Position numbers and translations under genes: made by a program. A stretch of DNA of 64,000 bases from positions 1-64,000 of IMG/VR virus record IMGVR_UViG_3300006736_000004. One strand, 5' to 3'. Below, one piece after another: positions 25,615 through 36,225 of the stretch. Under the pieces are notes generated by a model. That model was given only the letters and a program-made list of their open reading frames with translations. It had not been told where the DNA came from and ran no database searches. Positions within the stretch are counted from its first letter, which is position 1. Every line of letters starts with the position of its first letter. This DNA comes from a virus.

Positions 25615-27940
25615 GACTACAATTGCAGTCAAGATCGACTCCAAAGGGGCTGCCACCGGCTCACGGATTGCCAAGGGCGAACTTCGTCAATTGAGCTTGG
25701 CGGCGAACAAGGCGGAAGGGTCTTTTGATCGGGTCCGGAAAAGCGCCCGAAGCGCCGGAACCGCGTTGGCAAAATTCGTTGGCGCGGCGGCGGTTGCCAC
25801 TTTCTTCACGAAGGCGTCAAAGGGAGCGTTGGACTTTAGTACCGCAATGGCGGAGGTCTCGACCCTGATCCCCGGCACCTCCGCGCAAATGATGGCGCTG
25901 AATGAACAAGCCTTGCAAATGTCCGAGACCTTTGCATCGACTCCAGCGGAGCAAGCCAAGGCTCTTTATCAAGTGATTTCTGCGGGAGCGGGTACAGCCG
26001 CGAAGCAAACCGAAGTCTTGACCGCCGCGAACAAGCTTGCGGTCGGCGGCGTCACCGACATTGAAACCGCCGCCGATGGCTTGACCAGCGTCTTGAATGC
26101 TTACGGGGCCAAGGTGAAGGGCTCGACGGACGTGACGGACACGATGTTTGTTGCGATGCGGGCGGGCAAAACGACCATCGGGGAGCTTTCCAGCTCCCTT
26201 GGTTTGGTCGCGCCGTTGGCCGAAACGACGGGCGTCAAGTTCACGGAACTAACCGCGACCGTCGCCGCTTTGACGAAGGGCGGCATTTCGACCCGGATTG
26301 CTGTCAGCGGCTTGCGGGGTATCTTGGCGGCGGTTGCCAAGCCGACCAAGGAAGCGCGGGACGAGGCGGAAAGGTTGGAGTTAGGCTTTAGTGTTGCCGC
26401 GATTGAGGCGGGCGGCTTTGCGAAGTTCTTGGACGAGGTTAAAACGAAGACCAAGGGGTCAACGGATTCCTTGGCGCAACTCTTCGGCGGCGTCGAGGCT
26501 TTAATCCCCATCCTCCGGTTGTCCGGGACCGGCTCCAAAGACTTCATCGAGATCATGAAGCAAATGGCGGATCGCTCCGGCGCGACGGAAGAGGCATTCC
26601 AGAAAATCGCCAACTCCGTTCCGTTCCGGTTGGGTAAATTGAAATCAGAATTTTTATCATTCAGCACAAAGGTCGGACAGAGTTTTAACCGATCCCTAGT
26701 TCCGTCAATGGAGCTTGTGAGAGACAACATAGGCTTCCTAAAGAACGCTCTTGTCGGCTTGACGGCGGCTTTTGCGGCCCGGACTGTTCTTGGCGCGGCG
26801 ATTGCTTTCATAAAGTTTGCACGGGCGTTGACCATTGCAAGGGCGGCGTCCATAGCCTTGACCGCCGTTCAAAACGTTGGCAAGGCTGGTTTCGTGGTCT
26901 TGGCGGTTGTTGTCGCGCAAATCACGGGGTCATTTGACAAGCTCAAGGTAATCTTGGAAAACGCCAAAGAAGCGGCGAAACAATTTGTCGGGCCGGAAGC
27001 GTTGGGAAAGCTGCGAGAGGTATTGAAGTTTCTCAACATTGACACGAAGGCACTAGATAGGGAAATCACCAATCTTAATTCGACACTGGAGCAAGTCCAA
27101 TTCGGTGGTGGGGCCGCGCCAGCGCCAGGGAGACAATCTCCCGCCGTGAAGGATGCTTCGGATTCTCTTAAAGACTTCGCCGCCTCGTTGAAAGACGAGG
27201 TCCGCACACCGACAGAAACCCATGAACAACAATTGCTTAGGATCAACGAAGCCATGACGACAGTCGATCAAACGACGGGCCAATATCTGATTACCCAAAC
27301 GGAAGCAACTCGCGCCACAGAACAAGCCAATCAAGCGTTTCTTGAAACCGACCCGCTTCTTTCTAGGGTTTCTTCCGGGATCGGGTCGTTCACGGACGGC
27401 TTGATTGATGCCGCTGTCCAAGGAAAGAGCTTCGGGGAAACGATGAAATCGGTTTTCAAGAACATGGTCGGCACGATCCTAAAAGAGCTTGCGCGGATCG
27501 CGGCGTCGAAACTCTTATTCTGGTTGCTCGGTTTTGGGGGTTTTGGGGGCGGTGGGGGCGGTGGGGGCGGCGGCTTCATGAGCATGACGACGGTTGCCAA
27601 GGGCGGGGCTTTCAATCAAGGGAATATTATGCCCTTTGCCGGTGGCGGCATTGTCTCCAAGCCGACCGTGTTCCCGATGGCGGGTGGCGCTGGCTTGATG
27701 GGTGAGGCGGGGCCAGAGGCCATCCTTCCACTACGGCGCGGCCCAAGCGGCAAGCTAGGGGTGGAGTCCACCGGCAGAGGCGGCGTCACGATCAACATTG
27801 ACGCTCGTGGGTCGAATGGAGACGCCGCCGTTGAAGCTGCTGTTGAGCGTGGCATTCGGAGAGCGTCACCGCAACTTATCAACGCTTCGGTGAACAGAGT
27901 TCAATCTGACCGCCAGCGCGATCCTAATTTCTTCAAATGA
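25604..27940 (+). CDS. Tape measure protein
   Basis: Ala/Gly-rich TP901-like core (GKTTIGEL) and lambda-like C-terminus (FAGGGIV..GEAGPEAILPL). Confidence 0.9.
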   Translation: MPFETTIAVKIDSKGAATGSRIAKGELRQLSLAANKAEGSFDRVRKSARSAGTALAKFVGAAAVATFFTKASKGALDFSTAMAEVSTLIPGTSAQMMALNEQALQMSETFASTPAEQAKALYQVISAGAGTAAKQTEVLTAANKLAVGGVTDIETAADGLTSVLNAYGAKVKGSTDVTDTMFVAMRAGKTTIGELSSSLGLVAPLAETTGVKFTELTATVAALTKGGISTRIAVSGLRGILAAVAKPTKEARDEAERLELGFSVAAIEAGGFAKFLDEVKTKTKGSTDSLAQLFGGVEALIPILRLSGTGSKDFIEIMKQMADRSGATEEAFQKIANSVPFRLGKLKSEFLSFSTKVGQSFNRSLVPSMELVRDNIGFLKNALVGLTAAFAARTVLGAAIAFIKFARALTIARAASIALTAVQNVGKAGFVVLAVVVAQITGSFDKLKVILENAKEAAKQFVGPEALGKLREVLKFLNIDTKALDREITNLNSTLEQVQFGGGAAPAPGRQSPAVKDASDSLKDFAASLKDEVRTPTETHEQQLLRINEAMTTVDQTTGQYLITQTEATRATEQANQAFLETDPLLSRVSSGIGSFTDGLIDAAVQGKSFGETMKSVFKNMVGTILKELARIAASKLLFWLLGFGGFGGGGGGGGGGFMSMTTVAKGGAFNQGNIMPFAGGGIVSKPTVFPMAGGAGLMGEAGPEAILPLRRGPSGKLGVESTGRGGVTINIDARGSNGDAAVEAAVERGIRRASPQLINASVNRVQSDRQRDPNFFK

Positions 27941-27952
27941 TCGGGGTGACTC

Positions 27953-28579
27953 ATGGCGATTACATTCCCCCGCACGATCCCGTCAGCGATGAAATTCCAG
28001 GCTGCTACTCCGAAGGTAAATTCCTCCGTTGCGGTAGCTAGGTCAATATTCACGGGCCAAGAGCAAGTCGTTGCCCATCAAGGCCAATGGTGGTCGGCTG
28101 ACCTTTCCGTTGCGCCGTTGGAGCGGGCCGACGCCGGGGCGATAACGGCTTGGCTTGTGTCATTGAACGGGCGGGAGAAAACACTTCTTTTTGGCGATCC
28201 GGCGGCGGCGACCCCTCAAGGAAGTGCCTCGTCGGCTCCGGGGACGCCGGTTGTCAATGGAGCCAGCCAAGCCGGGGCGGCCTTGATATGCGATGGCGCT
28301 CCGAATGATGCCGCCGGTTATCTTAAAGAAGGCGATTATGTCCAGCTTGGGTCCGGGGCAACGGCGCGGCTTTATATGGTGCTTGAAGATGTCACGGCGG
28401 ATGGAAGCGGGAACTTTACACTCAATATATGGCCCAACCTTAGAAGCTCCCCGGATAACGATGCGACGTTAGTCGTAAGTAGCGCGGTCGGGCGGTTCCG
28501 GCTGGCGGAGAATGTCCGACAATGGGATTTGCAGACGATCATTTATGGATTTTCATTCGGCATCGTTGAGGCATTCTAA
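27953..28579 (+). CDS. Distal tail protein
   Basis: Follows tape measure gene. SIFTGQEQ, WLVSLNG and IWPNLR motifs. Confidence 0.65.
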   Translation: MAITFPRTIPSAMKFQAATPKVNSSVAVARSIFTGQEQVVAHQGQWWSADLSVAPLERADAGAITAWLVSLNGREKTLLFGDPAAATPQGSASSAPGTPVVNGASQAGAALICDGAPNDAAGYLKEGDYVQLGSGATARLYMVLEDVTADGSGNFTLNIWPNLRSSPDNDATLVVSSAVGRFRLAENVRQWDLQTIIYGFSFGIVEAF

Positions 28580-29136
28580 TGGCCCGCATACTTGCATCCG
28601 CGATTGTGGACGAAGTTACGGCAGCATCTTTACGGCCTATCACCCTTGTAGATTTTGAGTTTGATGGCGGGTCAATTTTCTTCTGGAATGGCGTGGGCAA
28701 CACCACGATTGCTTCAACCGTTTATTCGGGCATTGGTAGCGTTCTCACCATAAGCCCAATCAAAGAAACAGAGGCCGTCAAATCAACCGGCGTGAATATC
28801 AGCTTGAACGGGATTCAATCCGATCTTTTGTCAAACGCTTTCGGTGAAGATTATCAAGATCGACCAGTGACAATTTGGCTTGGCTTCATGAATTCGGACA
28901 ATGTTTTCATTGATCGTGTCCAGCTTTTCAAGGGTCGGATGGACGTGGTGACGATTGTTGAGTCCGGGCCAACGGCGATGATCACGATTTCTGCGGAAAA
29001 CATCTTGGTCAGTTTGGAGCGCAGCCGAAACCGGAGGTTCACGGACCAAGACCAGCAAAAACAATTTCCCGGCGATCTTGGCTTTCAATATGTTGTGTCA
29101 CTCCAACAAAAAGAAGTGACGTGGGGATTTACTTGA
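28579..29136 (+). CDS. Minor tail protein (tail tip, L-like)
   Basis: LFKGRMD and RRFTDQDQQ.FPGDLGF.YV motifs. Confidence 0.7.
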   Translation: MARILASAIVDEVTAASLRPITLVDFEFDGGSIFFWNGVGNTTIASTVYSGIGSVLTISPIKETEAVKSTGVNISLNGIQSDLLSNAFGEDYQDRPVTIWLGFMNSDNVFIDRVQLFKGRMDVVTIVESGPTAMITISAENILVSLERSRNRRFTDQDQQKQFPGDLGFQYVVSLQQKEVTWGFT

Positions 29137-29169
29137 GAAAGACTAAAGACGAGGTTTGCGGATAGGATA

Positions 29170-32121
29170 ATGTCGGATTTTATTAAATATATAATGGATT
29201 ACATTACGGAATTACTTAGTCCGGCGTGTCGGATTGGCATTAAGGACTTCATTGACGATATTATCGAGACAATATCCGATGTAATTGAAGACGTAGCTGA
29301 TTTTTTTGTTGACACTTTCAACGAGGTGGTTGGGTTCTTTGCGCCGGAACCGCAAGAGCCAAATCTTACAAGCTTCGCCGCCGAATCACAGGGGCGTGTC
29401 CGCCAGTTCAAGCAACCTATCACCGCCCATAGATTTGTTTATGGGGAATTTCGGCTGTCCGGTCCGCTGACCTTCATTGACGTATCTTTAGACAACAACA
29501 AGATACATTTGATTATCACGCTTGCAGCGCACCCCGTACAAGCAATCGAAGACATTTATTTCGGGGACGAAGTCATCCCGTCAGACGCTATCGACGGGAC
29601 CACGGGCGTTGTTTCTTCGGGGCGGTTTGCAAACACGGCCCGGATTTTTAAATCGCTTGGCGACGAAGGCGCGGCACAACCATTTCCAGCATTGGTGAGC
29701 GCGACTACTGCATGGACGACCAATCATTTGCAGCAAGGACGTGCTAAGATTTACGTCAGCTTGGCATTCGATAAGGACGTTTATCCGCGAGGCGTTCCGG
29801 CGATTTCAGCGTGGGTCAAGGGGAAAAAGGTTGTCGATCCACGCAATTCCTCAACCGAGGCGTGGACGGTAAATCCCGTTTTGATTATCAGAGATTACAT
29901 GACGACTTCGACGGTTGATGGCGGCGGCGGGGCAACGACACTTGAGTTCGATGACACTTTTACAAATTCAGCGGCGAACACTTCCGAAGAAATTGTCAGC
30001 ACTCAACGGATAGATACCGTCATCACGGCTGTTGACACAGCAACCGATATTGCCACGCTAATTGGGTCAACCATTGAAATTTTCACCGGAGACCGGGTCC
30101 GGGTATCGGCAACCACTTCCACCATAGGCGGATTGTCGGCGGGGGTTGATTATTATGTCATCGCAACCCAAAGACTAGACACGGCACGAATCCAATTCGC
30201 CTCGACCTATGCTCTGGCGCTTGCCGGGACCGCTAAATCATTGACAACCTCTGGAGAAGGCCAACAATCCGTTTTCAAGACCGGGGAGCCTCGTTATACC
30301 ATGAACGGTTTTTTGCAGGTGGACCGGACGCCAGCCGCCATGATCGGGGATGCGCTTACGTCGATGGCGGGCCAAATGATTTATGCAAGCGGAACGTGGC
30401 GCATGAAAGCTGGCGTTTATACCGCGCCGACGATCACGCTTGATGAAAATGACTTCATTTCGGGGATAACCCTTCAAACGAGAATCGGGCGTAGATCAAG
30501 ATTTAATGCGGTCAAAGGTATCTACGTCACTAGCCTCAACCTTGACCAACCTGCTGATTATCCATCCGTTACTAATGCGACCTATGAAACCGAGGATAAC
30601 GGTGAGCGCACCTTCCGAGAGCTTGATTTGAAAAACACCAATAGACCGCAAACGGCGTCACGTCTTGCAAAGATTAGCTTGGAACGACATCGGCAAATGA
30701 TTTCGTTCAGAGCAACAACCACGCTCAAAGGATTGCAATTGCAAGCTGGCGATACGGTGTCGATTGACAATGCCCGCTTTGGGTGGTCGGCCAAAGTATT
30801 TGAGGTCGGAGAATGGCGGTTGATTCAAGTCGCCAATGAAGGAAACCCGACGCTTGGTTGTGAAATGTCTTTCCGTGAAACCGCCACTACGGTCTTTGAT
30901 TGGAACAGCGGGGAGGAAACCGTTGTTGATCCAGCGGCAAACTCTAGTTTGCCGGATATGTTCACCGTTCTCCCGCCGGAAGGTCTTGAGGTCAACGAAG
31001 AGCTTTATTCCACTCGAAATATCGGGGTCAAAGCGCGGGGAATTATCTCTTGGATGGCTCCCAATGATTTGAGCATTGTCGAATATGAAGTCCAACAACA
31101 ACAGACACAAGACAAGGACGGTAACGCCGTTACGGAGAGTTTTTCGGTTATCGCCAGGACGACGGAAGTGTTTTTGATCGTCTATGACATAGAGCCGGGG
31201 GTTTATAATATCCGGGTGAAGTCTTTGAGTTTGTTGGGGGTGTCGTCTGATTTTACAACCAAACCAAATCAAGAAATCTTTGGACTTTTGGCCCCGCCCA
31301 CGGAGCCGCAAAATCTTACAATTAGCGCGGTGAGTGGTTCTGCAATCCTTCGATGGGATGCCACCCCGGATTTGGATGTCAAGGTTGGCGGGACGTATAT
31401 TTTCCGACACGATAATGCTCTGACAGGAGCCTCATGGGGGACTTCGGTCGGGATCGGGACGGCAATCGCCGGATCGGAGACGACGGTTTCCTTGCCTCTT
31501 AAATCGGGGACGTATCTCGCCAAAGCCAAAGACAGTTCCAATGTTGAAAGCACGGATGCGGCATCTGTTTCCACGAAACAAGCCACGGCGGCGAATTTCA
31601 CGCTTGCGTCAACCATCACCGAAAGCACGAATTTTCCCGGCTCGACAACCAATGTTGTGGTTGGTGATGGAATGATAAAGCTAACGGCGTCTGGTTTGAT
31701 CGACAGCGTTGCCGACTTTTCCACGATAGCCGACATAGACGGGCTTGGCGGTCTTCACGATTCCGGAATTTATCTTTTCAACACGGCCTTCGATTGGACG
31801 ACGGTTCTTTCAAAGCGATACACCACAACCGTTGTTGCCGCAATCCTCAACGCCAACGATCTTATGGATTCCAAAACAGACTTGATTGACACTTGGACGA
31901 CATTCGACGGTGACGAAACAAGCGGTGCCGACGCGAGAGTGTATGTGAGAGAAACCGACGATGATCCTTCCGGGTCTCCGACATGGTCGTCTTGGAATTT
32001 ATTGGATAGTGCGGACCTCACGGCGAGAGCCGTTCAATTCCGGATGATTCTGACAACCACGGATTCGGCCTTCAATATCCAAGTTTCCGAATTGAGCGTG
32101 GCGGCGGATACCGCTGGTTAA
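29170..32121 (+). CDS. Tail tip / host-specificity protein (J-like) with FN3 domains
   Basis: RFVYGE..LSG, VKGKKV.DPR, NP.LIIRDY and FNAVKG motifs, plus FN3-like repeats. Confidence 0.8.
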   Translation: MSDFIKYIMDYITELLSPACRIGIKDFIDDIIETISDVIEDVADFFVDTFNEVVGFFAPEPQEPNLTSFAAESQGRVRQFKQPITAHRFVYGEFRLSGPLTFIDVSLDNNKIHLIITLAAHPVQAIEDIYFGDEVIPSDAIDGTTGVVSSGRFANTARIFKSLGDEGAAQPFPALVSATTAWTTNHLQQGRAKIYVSLAFDKDVYPRGVPAISAWVKGKKVVDPRNSSTEAWTVNPVLIIRDYMTTSTVDGGGGATTLEFDDTFTNSAANTSEEIVSTQRIDTVITAVDTATDIATLIGSTIEIFTGDRVRVSATTSTIGGLSAGVDYYVIATQRLDTARIQFASTYALALAGTAKSLTTSGEGQQSVFKTGEPRYTMNGFLQVDRTPAAMIGDALTSMAGQMIYASGTWRMKAGVYTAPTITLDENDFISGITLQTRIGRRSRFNAVKGIYVTSLNLDQPADYPSVTNATYETEDNGERTFRELDLKNTNRPQTASRLAKISLERHRQMISFRATTTLKGLQLQAGDTVSIDNARFGWSAKVFEVGEWRLIQVANEGNPTLGCEMSFRETATTVFDWNSGEETVVDPAANSSLPDMFTVLPPEGLEVNEELYSTRNIGVKARGIISWMAPNDLSIVEYEVQQQQTQDKDGNAVTESFSVIARTTEVFLIVYDIEPGVYNIRVKSLSLLGVSSDFTTKPNQEIFGLLAPPTEPQNLTISAVSGSAILRWDATPDLDVKVGGTYIFRHDNALTGASWGTSVGIGTAIAGSETTVSLPLKSGTYLAKAKDSSNVESTDAASVSTKQATAANFTLASTITESTNFPGSTTNVVVGDGMIKLTASGLIDSVADFSTIADIDGLGGLHDSGIYLFNTAFDWTTVLSKRYTTTVVAAILNANDLMDSKTDLIDTWTTFDGDETSGADARVYVRETDDDPSGSPTWSSWNLLDSADLTARAVQFRMILTTTDSAFNIQVSELSVAADTAG

Positions 32122-32152
32122 TTAACACAAGATGCAGTAAAAGGAACGGGCG

Positions 32153-32791
32153 ATGGCACAACATGATTACAATTTAGCGAATGCAAGCGGGGCGTCCTTC
32201 CGGTCGGACCTCAACAACGCTTTGGCGGCGGTTCTATCAAATAACTCGTCAACCGTTGCGCCGGGGGCTACCACACAAACGATGCAATGGGCGGACGTTT
32301 CTGCATTGGTCATGAACCTCCGCAATGCCGGGGACACCGCTTGGATCAAGGTTTTCAAATTCACGGCATCGACAATCATCCCATACATTCAATCTTCGGC
32401 GGGTGCTTCGGTGTTGGGGTCGGCCATCGTCCAGCGGACGGAGAATAATCTTTTTTCCAAATCTCAACGCGGAGCAATTGCGTCGGTATCCTATGCGTCG
32501 GCAATAGTTCTTTCATTTAATGACGCCAATAATTTCAAAATCAACACCCTTACGGGGAATTTAACTATTTCCAATCCGTCATCTATCGCCGCTTCACCGG
32601 GGCAAGGTGGGTCGATTTGGACAACGCAAGACGGCACGGGAAGCCGGACGGTTTCCTTTGGGTCTATGTTCAAATTCCCGGCGGGGACAGCGCCAACGGC
32701 CAGCACGGCAAGCGGGGCGACGGACCGCACGGATTACAAGGTCCGCGATGCTTCAACCATTGATGCGAACATGGCTTTGAATGTGAGCTAA
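32153..32791 (+). CDS. Tail fibre / minor structural protein
   Basis: MAQHDYNLANASGASFRSDLNNAL N-terminus and QDGTGSRT...PT.ST motif. Confidence 0.65.
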   Translation: MAQHDYNLANASGASFRSDLNNALAAVLSNNSSTVAPGATTQTMQWADVSALVMNLRNAGDTAWIKVFKFTASTIIPYIQSSAGASVLGSAIVQRTENNLFSKSQRGAIASVSYASAIVLSFNDANNFKINTLTGNLTISNPSSIAASPGQGGSIWTTQDGTGSRTVSFGSMFKFPAGTAPTASTASGATDRTDYKVRDASTIDANMALNVS

Positions 32792-32793
32792 TT

Positions 32794-33408
32794 ATGTGGC
32801 CCCCATATAAGCATTTTATTACTCTTGAAAGGCCGCGCCTAGTCGAGCATCCGAAGATGTCTTTGATGGGAGAAGACTCTTTAATGATGGGTGTTGCTGG
32901 CGCGGGCTGCGACACTACTTCCAGTTCCTCCGGGGAGTGGAACGGAGCAACTGGTTCTTTTACGTTTAGTGGGGATGGCGTTGACTGCAACGCAGGTGAT
33001 AAAGCCATTAGAACAAACGACACATTTACTGATGATTTCACGATTACTTACACACAAACTACCGGAATATATATGGTTATTGGCGTTTATGACATTGCCG
33101 AAGATGGAACATTTGTCTCGACTGGACAAGGCCACGGTGGCATGGGCTCCATGGTTAGAAGTTGGTATTGGGAATACAACGCCAACGGTCAAACGGTCTA
33201 TGGGGGAGAGAATCAAAGTGCGGAAACTATAGCTGATGGTTCGGTGATGAGGTTGGAGCGCAGATCAGGCGTGGTCAAGCTTTACGATGACGATGCTGAA
33301 ATCTATGAATGGTCGCAAACGTTTACCCCCGCTGTCGAGGTGCGGATTGTTACCGGCGCACATGCCAGCCACCCAGATCTTGACGGTGTGAGCTGGAAAC
33401 CTTGTTAA
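32794..33408 (+). CDS. Putative beta-sandwich tail-associated protein
   Basis: Beta-rich sequence after the fibre gene, lower GC. Confidence 0.45.
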   Translation: MWPPYKHFITLERPRLVEHPKMSLMGEDSLMMGVAGAGCDTTSSSSGEWNGATGSFTFSGDGVDCNAGDKAIRTNDTFTDDFTITYTQTTGIYMVIGVYDIAEDGTFVSTGQGHGGMGSMVRSWYWEYNANGQTVYGGENQSAETIADGSVMRLERRSGVVKLYDDDAEIYEWSQTFTPAVEVRIVTGAHASHPDLDGVSWKPC

Positions 33409-33500
33409 GAAGATACGGCATACGAAAAAGAAATATGGGGCATACATCTGAATGGAGTCCAGTTAGTGAACAAAAACTTTAACGTGTTGAGAGGTGCATA

Positions 33501-34436
33501 GTGGCTAGTTCAGGTTCTGTGGATTTCAATCGGACTAGAGATCAGATCATAGAGGGGGCGTTGCGCCTTGTGGAAGTGATTGCTTCTGGAGAGACTCCTG
33601 CCAATGATGAGATTCAAGATGCTTCTGATGCCCTCAATCAGATGGTCAAGGCGTGGCAAGCGCAAGGTATTCATCTATGGACTATGACTGAGGGTACGCT
33701 GTTTCTTACTCAAGGCACGGCTAAGTATACGTTAGGCCCGTCTGGAGATCATGCTACGTCCTCTTATGTGGAAACCACCCTCTCTGCTGCTGCTTCTGCG
33801 TCGGACGCCACACTAACTGTCACTTCGATTACAGGAATGACGGCTTCAGACAACGTAGGCATAGTCAAGGATGACGGAACTTTCCATTGGACTACCATTT
33901 CAGGTTCTCCGTCAGGTTTGACAGTTACCCTCGCAACCGTAATCGACGGAGCCGCTGCAAGTGGCAACACGGTCTATACCTACACCAGCAAGATAGACCG
34001 TCCATTGAAGATCATCGACGCAAGGCGGGAAGACTCCAACCAGCAAGAAGTTCCTTTTTCGGATATTCTCACCAGAGATGAGTATTTCGACCTTCCCAAC
34101 AAAACTGCGTCAGGGTTATCTAGTCAGGGGTATTACGATCCTCAGTTAACCAATGGGGTCTTCTACTTGTGGCCTTCACCCAGTTCGATTGATGACATAA
34201 TCAACTTTACCTTCGCCCGTCCATTTGAGGACTTTGATGCTGCTTCTGACAATCCAGACTTTCCTCAAGAGTGGTTGTCTGTGCTGAAGTTCAACTTAGC
34301 TGTTGAAATCGCTCCCGAATACGGGGTTTCAATTGAAAAGCAGCTTAATCTCAAGGGTATGGCTAAAGATAAATTAGACCAAGTTCTGGGCTTTGATACT
34401 GAGGCTTCCGTTTATTTCACACCGGAGGAGTTTTAG
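33501..34436 (+). CDS. Podovirus head-to-tail adaptor (P22 gp4-like) with a beta-rich insertion
   Basis: IIEGALRL..GETP...LNQMVKAW, YLWPSP and FPQEW..LKFNLAVEIAPEYG motifs. Confidence 0.75.
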   Translation: MASSGSVDFNRTRDQIIEGALRLVEVIASGETPANDEIQDASDALNQMVKAWQAQGIHLWTMTEGTLFLTQGTAKYTLGPSGDHATSSYVETTLSAAASASDATLTVTSITGMTASDNVGIVKDDGTFHWTTISGSPSGLTVTLATVIDGAAASGNTVYTYTSKIDRPLKIIDARREDSNQQEVPFSDILTRDEYFDLPNKTASGLSSQGYYDPQLTNGVFYLWPSPSSIDDIINFTFARPFEDFDAASDNPDFPQEWLSVLKFNLAVEIAPEYGVSIEKQLNLKGMAKDKLDQVLGFDTEASVYFTPEEF

Positions 34437-35839
34437 TGAGGGTTCCCTTCGCTTTTAACGCATATGAACGCAAGAACGTCAAACATCTATCTGCACAGAG
34501 GGTAGTCAACTACTTCGCTGAAGCGTCCCCCAAGGATGCCAAGATTGAAATCCCTGTGATTGGTACGCCGGGTCAGAAAGCATTTGCTGATGTCGGGACA
34601 GGGCCAATTCGGGGATTACATAACTTCGCGGGGACTCTCGTTGCGGTCAGTGGTGCCGATATATTCACCATTGATTCTTCTGGTACAGGGACTAACCGTG
34701 GAACTGTGGGTGGGTCTTCAGATGTTACAATGGCTGACAATGGCACTCAGTTGGTCATTCAGGCTGAAACCGGGGCAACTGATTCCTACGTAATGACGGC
34801 GGCTTTTGCTCTGACGGCGATCAACCCTACAGATACTGATTTCCTTGGTGCATCCTCTATTGCGTTCCAAGATGGGTATATCATAGGCACCACGCCTTCT
34901 GCTGATACGTTCTTCATTTCCTCCTTGAATGACGCTACTGCTTGGGATGCTACTGATATAGCTACAGCGGAGAGTGACCCTGATAATTTGGTTGTTTGCT
35001 TTTCTGATCATGGTGAATTGTGGTTGTTTGGAAAAGAGACAACTGAAGTTTGGTACAATTCAGGAGATGCGGACTTCCCTTTTGCACGAATCTCCACGGC
35101 TATCATCACTAGGGGGTGCAAGGCTAAACACTCTGTAGCGGCTGATGATAATACTATCTTTTGGTTGGGCGATGATTTAGTTGTCTACAGGGCCGCTGGA
35201 TATAAGCCTCAAAGAGTGTCTACCCACGCGATAGAATCAGCCATTGCTGGATTTGCCTCTCCCTCTACTGCGAAAGCATTCTTCCACACTCAAGAAGGAC
35301 ACAAGTTCTACACTCTGAATTTCGATGAGGCTACATTTGTTTATGATGTCTCCTCTGGATTGTGGCATGAGCGAGAGGGGTACGACACAGCTAATAACAA
35401 GTTCCTCCCCCGTTGGAGGGCGCAACATGGACTTAACATCTACGATAAGAACCTTGTTGGCGACTTTAGAAACGGGAAGATTAACGAACTCGACATTGAC
35501 ACCCTGACGGATTTGGGCGATCCCATTAGGAGGATTGTTACATCCCCTCCCCTGCATTCCAATACCAAACGGGTTTTTGCTAATCGTCTTCAGGTGGAGA
35601 TTGAGAGCGGCGTTGGGTTGACTTCAGGACAAGGTGTCGCGCCACAAGCCATGTTAGAGTGGTCTGACGATGGTGGGCATACTTGGTCTAATGAACATTG
35701 GGCTTCAATGGGGGCCAAGGGTAAATATCGGAATAGATTGATATGGCGGCGCATGGGATGGTTCTGGCAGAGGGTCTACAGAATGACTGTGAGTGACCCT
35801 GTTAGAGCGGCGGTTATAGCAGCTAATCTGGACACCTAA
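34436..35839 (+). CDS. P22 gp10-like packaged-DNA stabilization (tail hub) protein
   Basis: GTPG..GPIRG, TAESDPD, ETTEVW, QRVSTHAIE and SDDGGHTW..WRRMG motifs. Confidence 0.85.
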   Translation: MRVPFAFNAYERKNVKHLSAQRVVNYFAEASPKDAKIEIPVIGTPGQKAFADVGTGPIRGLHNFAGTLVAVSGADIFTIDSSGTGTNRGTVGGSSDVTMADNGTQLVIQAETGATDSYVMTAAFALTAINPTDTDFLGASSIAFQDGYIIGTTPSADTFFISSLNDATAWDATDIATAESDPDNLVVCFSDHGELWLFGKETTEVWYNSGDADFPFARISTAIITRGCKAKHSVAADDNTIFWLGDDLVVYRAAGYKPQRVSTHAIESAIAGFASPSTAKAFFHTQEGHKFYTLNFDEATFVYDVSSGLWHEREGYDTANNKFLPRWRAQHGLNIYDKNLVGDFRNGKINELDIDTLTDLGDPIRRIVTSPPLHSNTKRVFANRLQVEIESGVGLTSGQGVAPQAMLEWSDDGGHTWSNEHWASMGAKGKYRNRLIWRRMGWFWQRVYRMTVSDPVRAAVIAANLDT

Positions 35840-36225
35840 TGGCTGTCCCTGAGATACCCAAAACTCCTGCCACTGAGGAAGATTGGTTCACCCGTGATTG
35901 GATTAAATATTTTCAGGGGCTGAAAGACCACCTTCTTGATATTCATAGGTGGGTTCTGAAGACTGCTGCTTATACGGCCACCAATAGTGAGAGAATCCTT
36001 GCTGACACAGCAACCACGGCAGCATTTACGATTACCCTACCTGCTTCCCCTAAGACGGGATGGACGGTGTATTTCCATGACCCTAACGGGAATTGGGCAA
36101 CTGATAACTTAACTTTAGACGGGAACGGAAAGAACGTCATGGGAGCCTCTACTTTAGTGTTAAGCACAAACAATGACACATTAGGTGTTGTATATAGTGG
36201 CTCCGAATGGAGGAGGTTGTACTAA
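35839..36225 (+). CDS. Small tail structural protein
   Basis: FTITLPASP..DPNGNWAT.NLT.DGNG module, also present in the fibre at 41359. Confidence 0.55.
   Translation: MAVPEIPKTPATEEDWFTRDWIKYFQGLKDHLLDIHRWVLKTAAYTATNSERILADTATTAAFTITLPASPKTGWTVYFHDPNGNWATDNLTLDGNGKNVMGASTLVLSTNNDTLGVVYSGSEWRRLY

Noticed and set aside
27528-27575. GGGGGC-type repeats in the tape measure gene
   Set aside because: Encodes an in-frame poly-Gly linker, not an independent element
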